A stretch of 63,759 nt of DNA, the filler included, from Aduncisulcus paluster (lineage: Eukaryota), in NCBI GenBank assembly GCA_024181965.1. It is 14 parts of 14 records of this genome, joined end to end, with 100 filler letters (N's around TTAATTAATTAA, not from the genome) between each part and the next. Parts side by side here need not be neighbours in the genome. Positions count along the whole stretch, not along the records: positions 59,573 to 61,726 come from BQXS01000077.1; positions 61,827 to 63,759 come from BQXS01000083.1; 12 more parts are not named here. One strand, written 5' to 3'. Below, one piece after another: positions 59,473-63,759 of the stretch. How positions within the stretch are numbered: position 1 is the stretch's first letter; the number at the start of each line of letters is the position of its first letter. The translations under genes and the position numbers were made by a program. The notes under the pieces are model-generated. The model was not told the DNA's origin, made no database searches, and worked only from the letters and a program-made list of their open reading frames with translations.

Positions 59473-59618
59473 NNNNNNNNNNNNNNNNNNNNNNNNNNNN
59501 NNNNNNNNNNNNNNNNTTAATTAATTAANNNNNNNNNNNNNNNNNNNNNNNNNNNNNNNNNNNNNNNNNNNNTTTATATTGAATTTCAACTGAATTCCCT
59601 ATAAATCGATTCGTTGTG

Positions 59619-60252
59619 CAGGATCGGGCATTGGAGCGTTGGAGTTGGGTGGAATGAAATTGGAGTTGGATTTGGAGTTGGAATTTCATTCGGATTTGAC
59701 TGCGGTGAAATGTCATGTTCCATGAAGCATCAGGGGATTAGATTCATAGCAGTATACAGACATATGTATAGCATCATATTCCGAGTTCTTGATATTTTTG
59801 ATTGTAAGCAAAAGCAAGTGAAAATGAAACAGAAAGGCAAGGATAAGGATAGAAATGAAATGGAAATATATCCATGTTATTGAATAGCATTGAAATCGTT
59901 CATAAATGTTCTTAACACGTGAAATGGAACTATATCCAGTCCTGAGGGTTCTCCAAAAGCCTGAGATATCGAGAATAAACACCATGGCATGGAAATGAAA
60001 ATAAAACATGTCTTTATCATTTACCAGCATTTAATTCGTTTATATGTATTTTTTTAATTTTCCAATCTTATCTATTGAAGAGTTGCTTGTTCAGTCCTCC
60101 ATTTTTTCGATTTCTCGTCGTACAAGCAAATTGTATGTTTACTATATGTTGCATCTTTTATTAAATGTATATTAAGAAATATTTTAACCGGATTCATTCA
60201 TTATTCTGCTTGTTTTTATATTTTTTAGATAAGAAATTCTATCTCTATTCAA
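59619..60252 (+). repeat. Conserved leader of the MSSSTD cassette (copy D) with putative 5'-UTR intron 60133-60228
   Basis: Near-identical to the other leaders downstream of a degenerate TTGGAG run. Confidence 0.9.
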
Positions 60253-61359
60253 ATGAGTTCATCCACAGATACTGTTATTCAAACTGTGAAACCTGAGTTT
60301 GTTCTCGAAGGACCTCGGTGGTGCTGTCCAATTCCTGGAGATGCTCCCAATATTAAGAGTGCAGAGTTTCCAACTATCGAAGCAATTAATGGAACCAAGG
60401 AAGAAGGTGATGAAAAGTACGATCAGAGTTCTAAAGCACAAAAGATGATGAAAGGAGAGAATAATGATGGACATTTTACCCATATCTCCATTCCTTTCTC
60501 TTCATCTTCCCCAATGAAAGGGGCTTATATCTGTCTACGCAATTATCTTTCTATTGATTCACCTCCATCACACCTTATCTTCACTGTCACATCTTCGAAG
60601 GGTGATAAAACATCCAAGAAATATGAATTTCCTGAATTTGAAGGTTTTCATTGGTATTTCCTTCCTGTTGATCTCCCTGATGTTGTTCTGTGTGAGATTA
60701 CAGGGAAAGGAAGAAAGACAGAGTATTTTAGAATTCAATCCTTCGTATTCATTAGTAGAGAAGAAACCCCTGAAGAAATCACATCTCGTGAAGCCAGAGA
60801 GAAAATATGGTCTGATACTCCAGTTGTGAAACCAGAGTTTGTTAAGGTGGGAGATAAAGAATCTAAAGGTAGAGATTCTATTCCCATTCCACGAGATGAT
60901 CCAAAGCTTGTAGATCCTTCATTCTCAATGGTTAAGTGCAAGGATGATGTGTATAGTAAGGAATCTGAGGGGTATGATCAGAGTTTAGATGCACAAAAAA
61001 TGTTAAAAGGAGAGGATTGTGTTGAACTATCCCATATTTCCATCCCTTTCACACCTAGTCCAATGAAAGGTGCTTATATCTGTGTTCATTGTAGTTGGAG
61101 TTCTCCCTCTCTTCTCTTCACTTTCACTGATTGTGATGGTAAGGAGACATCCAGGAAGTATGAATTCACAAGACCTGAACATTTATATGGATGGTACTTC
61201 CTTCCTATTGATTTGGATAACGTTGTATTGTGTGAGATTGAAGGGAAAGGAATGTGGTATAATAAGAATTGTCGAGGTTTCATAATCTACTCCCTTGTAT
61301 TTACTATGCCCAAGGAAACCATTGCAGCTGAACGATTATCTCTATTTCCATGGAAATAA
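60253..61359 (+). CDS. MSSSTD family tandem DOC-like domain protein, short form (copy D)
   Basis: Intact 368-aa ORF ending AAERLSLFPWK; second domain nearly identical to copy A. Confidence 0.87.
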   Translation: MSSSTDTVIQTVKPEFVLEGPRWCCPIPGDAPNIKSAEFPTIEAINGTKEEGDEKYDQSSKAQKMMKGENNDGHFTHISIPFSSSSPMKGAYICLRNYLSIDSPPSHLIFTVTSSKGDKTSKKYEFPEFEGFHWYFLPVDLPDVVLCEITGKGRKTEYFRIQSFVFISREETPEEITSREAREKIWSDTPVVKPEFVKVGDKESKGRDSIPIPRDDPKLVDPSFSMVKCKDDVYSKESEGYDQSLDAQKMLKGEDCVELSHISIPFTPSPMKGAYICVHCSWSSPSLLFTFTDCDGKETSRKYEFTRPEHLYGWYFLPIDLDNVVLCEIEGKGMWYNKNCRGFIIYSLVFTMPKETIAAERLSLFPWK

Positions 61360-61826
61360 TCCGATAATACTGATATTTTCTGCAAAGAAGGACAATGTTC
61401 TTTTATTCCCTTGCGTCTGTCGCGTGTCAGTCTTCTCAGAAATAGTCGTTTGTCAGATGTCTGATATGAATGCACATGAGATTCTGATTCAGTATACTAT
61501 ACTGAACATTATAATGATATATGCAGATGTTGATTGGAGATGATCGAGCTGTTGAAGAAAACACAAACATGATAACTTTCTGGTGTCACTTCTGTGGTGA
61601 CCATTCTCAGGGACATTCTAAAAATAGATTGGTTCGCTCGAGATCTGTTTATTAATAAATTGGACCGCATTATAGTTTAGTTTGGCCACATTTTGATCAA
61701 AATCCTATCAAACTAAAGTTTATTGTNNNNNNNNNNNNNNNNNNNNNNNNNNNNNNNNNNNNNNNNNNNNTTAATTAATTAANNNNNNNNNNNNNNNNNN
61801 NNNNNNNNNNNNNNNNNNNNNNNNNN

Positions 61827-63085
61827 CAATGAAGTGGATCTGCTGCAATAACGTGGAGTGGCTTGAAATGTTTGCTACTCTCTCTCGCGAAGATCCCTCT
61901 GGTGTTTAGATGTCTGAGTCTGCCCATTCCTGCAAAAAGCAGTGGAATACCACGAATATGACACCATGGGCAGCAAGTTTTAGACACATCAATCAAGCGG
62001 CATCTTTCTGGGTGGTCTCCAAGTATCACTTGAATGTTTCCCACGATGATAGCATCTCCAGCGTTGGTTGGAATGAGAATTCCTTTTCGTAAAAGGGCAA
62101 GCTGACTCTCAATAAGCCTCACCATTCTATTTGTGGCTCCCTTTACCTCGGGAAGTAATGCCATCTCCCGCCAACACGAGTTTCGACCCCTATATTCAAA
62201 GCTTATGTTTGCCAACGTGCATTTCAATGATAATGCCGTACCACCCAAACGTAGTGTTGCAACACCATCCAAGAAGAAGATTACATTCACAAATATCAAA
62301 GGTGGAACGTTGAACCACTTGTGCTTCACTACAAAATCTTCGATATCTGTGAACGTATATGACGGTGGAAGTCTGAAAAGACCTCGTGAACAACTTAATT
62401 TAGAGATAAATGGGCTGATGCTCCTTATAAAACCATCATAAGCCACCATCTCTATGGAGGGACATTTGGGGAGTTCCAAGAAGGGTGTTGAAACTACCAG
62501 AGTTGAGAACACATGCTTGTCTTCCAGTAACGAACGGATAAGAGCCCCAAGCGGAAGGAAACTGTAGCCACCTTCTTTAAATGTCATTACCTCTTGGACA
62601 TTTTTTAGTCTTTGTCGCATCCTAATAACCTCATATGGCGAATAGAGGTTCAAATTTGGGTGGGATAATGAGGCGCGATAGAGAGCCTTGTACATGTTGA
62701 GAGGAAGACTCCTATTCAAAACCCATCCAAGAAGCAATCCTGGGAATGAATCATCATCATTCCCAGGGATGGATCGAGCATAAGAGGGGTCGAGGGCAAG
62801 GCGAGATAGCATATCGGGTTCTGGAGCCTCCAGAGCCTGAGGCGGGGGACTAAGGGAAGGAGGTTCGATATCAGTCCCAAACCCTTCATTGAAACCCTCA
62901 TCTTGGTCATGACTCTCTGTGGTAAGGGTTGGCGTGCACTGCAAATGGCATACAGTATCATGAACTGAAATACACAATGATCCGACTGATTCGATGCCTA
63001 TCGAAGGACCCACTAAGACGCAGCCGCATTCTATGAAAAATTGGATTGGATATTCCCCCTCTTCGGACACTAGCCTTAGGTACAT
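61827..63085 (-). mobile_element. Plavaka/CMC (EnSpm-related) DDE transposase, partial
   Basis: VIFFLDG (D1), CTLANI...R....W..MALLP, L.LLRKG, ILGDHPERC (D2), CCPWC, IAADPLH match Plavaka/Tnp2-type motifs (DYPEQ..CPxC..DxLH). Confidence 0.7.
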
Positions 63086-63086
63086 A

Positions 63087-63192
63087 TGTAATAGACCGTT
63101 CCGGGACTCAGGTGCCGGCCCGCCGTGTTTCTCACCGGTTCTAAAAATAGATAATTAGCGTCAATCTTTATTTTAATAAATGTATCACAACA
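63087..63192 (+). mobile_element. Putative short 5' LTR (~103-106 bp)
   Basis: Begins TGTAATA and ends TATCACA(ACA), giving TG..CA with an imperfect inverted repeat; AATAAA at 63175-63180; immediately precedes a gag ORF. Confidence 0.55.
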
Positions 63193-63211
63193 ACTTTGAT
63201 CAAAGTTCAAG

Positions 63212-63759
63212 ATGCAAGCGAAATTTGAATATTTCCCACGTTTAACCCATTATGGTGAGAAATATTTCCGTTCTTTCAAAGAAGAGTATGAAACTGCAAA
63301 AATCGTGAACGGCGAGCTGAAACTCTATGTCTGTATTTCACCTGCGATCAGGAAGATTTACGAACGCTCTTCAGGAGTAGTTCTGAGGTCTCCAGTGGGT
63401 ATGACACCGTCAGAGTTGAAAGCGAGCGAAGATGCTTTTATTGAAGCTGTTTCTGCTTTATTTGGAAACCTGTCTGCTTTGGACACCATGTATGCACTTG
63501 AACGTCTCCAATTGAAACGTATTAACGAATCTTCGGTTGCCGGATACGTTCGAAGGTTTCATGAGATTGTGGAACGAATGGATGAGACCGAAGTGCTTAC
63601 GGATGAGACATTGGCGAAGAGGTTCTTGAAGGGGATCAAGAATGAACGATTCCATCTCCGTATGATGACAGCTCTTGAGGGGGAAACTCCATCTATGAGC
63701 CTTGTTACAAAGACTATCTTCGAGCAGCAACGTCTCGTGCAAGAAGCTTTGGATGACGC
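63212..63759 (+). CDS. gag: Ty3/gypsy-like retrotransposon Gag (runs off the window; absent from the ORF track)
   Basis: Manual translation MQAKFEYFPRL... has no stop to the window end and contains LERLQLKRINESSVAGYVRRFHEIV...DETLAKRFLKGIK, a capsid major-homology-like motif. Confidence 0.7.
   Translation, partial: MQAKFEYFPRLTHYGEKYFRSFKEEYETAKIVNGELKLYVCISPAIRKIYERSSGVVLRSPVGMTPSELKASEDAFIEAVSALFGNLSALDTMYALERLQLKRINESSVAGYVRRFHEIVERMDETEVLTDETLAKRFLKGIKNERFHLRMMTALEGETPSMSLVTKTIFEQQRLVQEALDD

Noticed and set aside
25840-61826. Recurrent TTAATTAATTAA motif within N runs, and apparent gene neighbourhoods across them
   Set aside because: These are artificial six-frame-stop linkers joining separate contigs, so adjacency across them has no biological meaning
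802-63742. Numerous short antisense or alternate-frame ORFs overlapping the main genes
   Set aside because: Shadow ORFs of real coding regions, mostly with non-ATG starts and no recognisable motifs

Overview
This is eukaryotic protist genomic DNA, not a prokaryote. It has AT-rich intergenic regions, long intron-poor ORFs and a few GT-AG introns. The gene set and expanded families suggest a free-living metamonad/fornicate such as Aduncisulcus (inference, not verifiable here). The window is a concatenation of 14 contigs or scaffolds joined by artificial 100-bp N-TTAATTAATTAA-N linkers, and it has six 20-N gaps with duplicated flanks. The first scaffold (1-25839) carries housekeeping genes: a Ser/Thr kinase, an alpha2delta/CACHD1-like protein, a coiled-coil protein, cytosolic AsnRS, Sec12-like, a possible divergent Orc2, RBM25/Snu71-like, an MFS-like transporter and MYCBP/FAP174. 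Short contigs carry Pumilio, PA200-like, TAF5-like, a second kinase, an ARM-like gene, internalin-LRR/EGF surface-protein fragments and transposon pieces (IS630/Tc1, CRE-like non-LTR, Plavaka/CMC-like transposase, Ty3/gypsy-like LTR plus gag). The most striking feature is a dispersed cassette seen six times (four with the gene). It has a near-identical ~600-bp leader with a sharp 5' boundary, followed by a tandem DOC/APC10-like domain gene whose scaffold is conserved but whose loops are hypervariable and mosaic; one copy is fused to a kinase. Also notable is a cluster of Pumilio-response elements downstream of the Pumilio gene itself.
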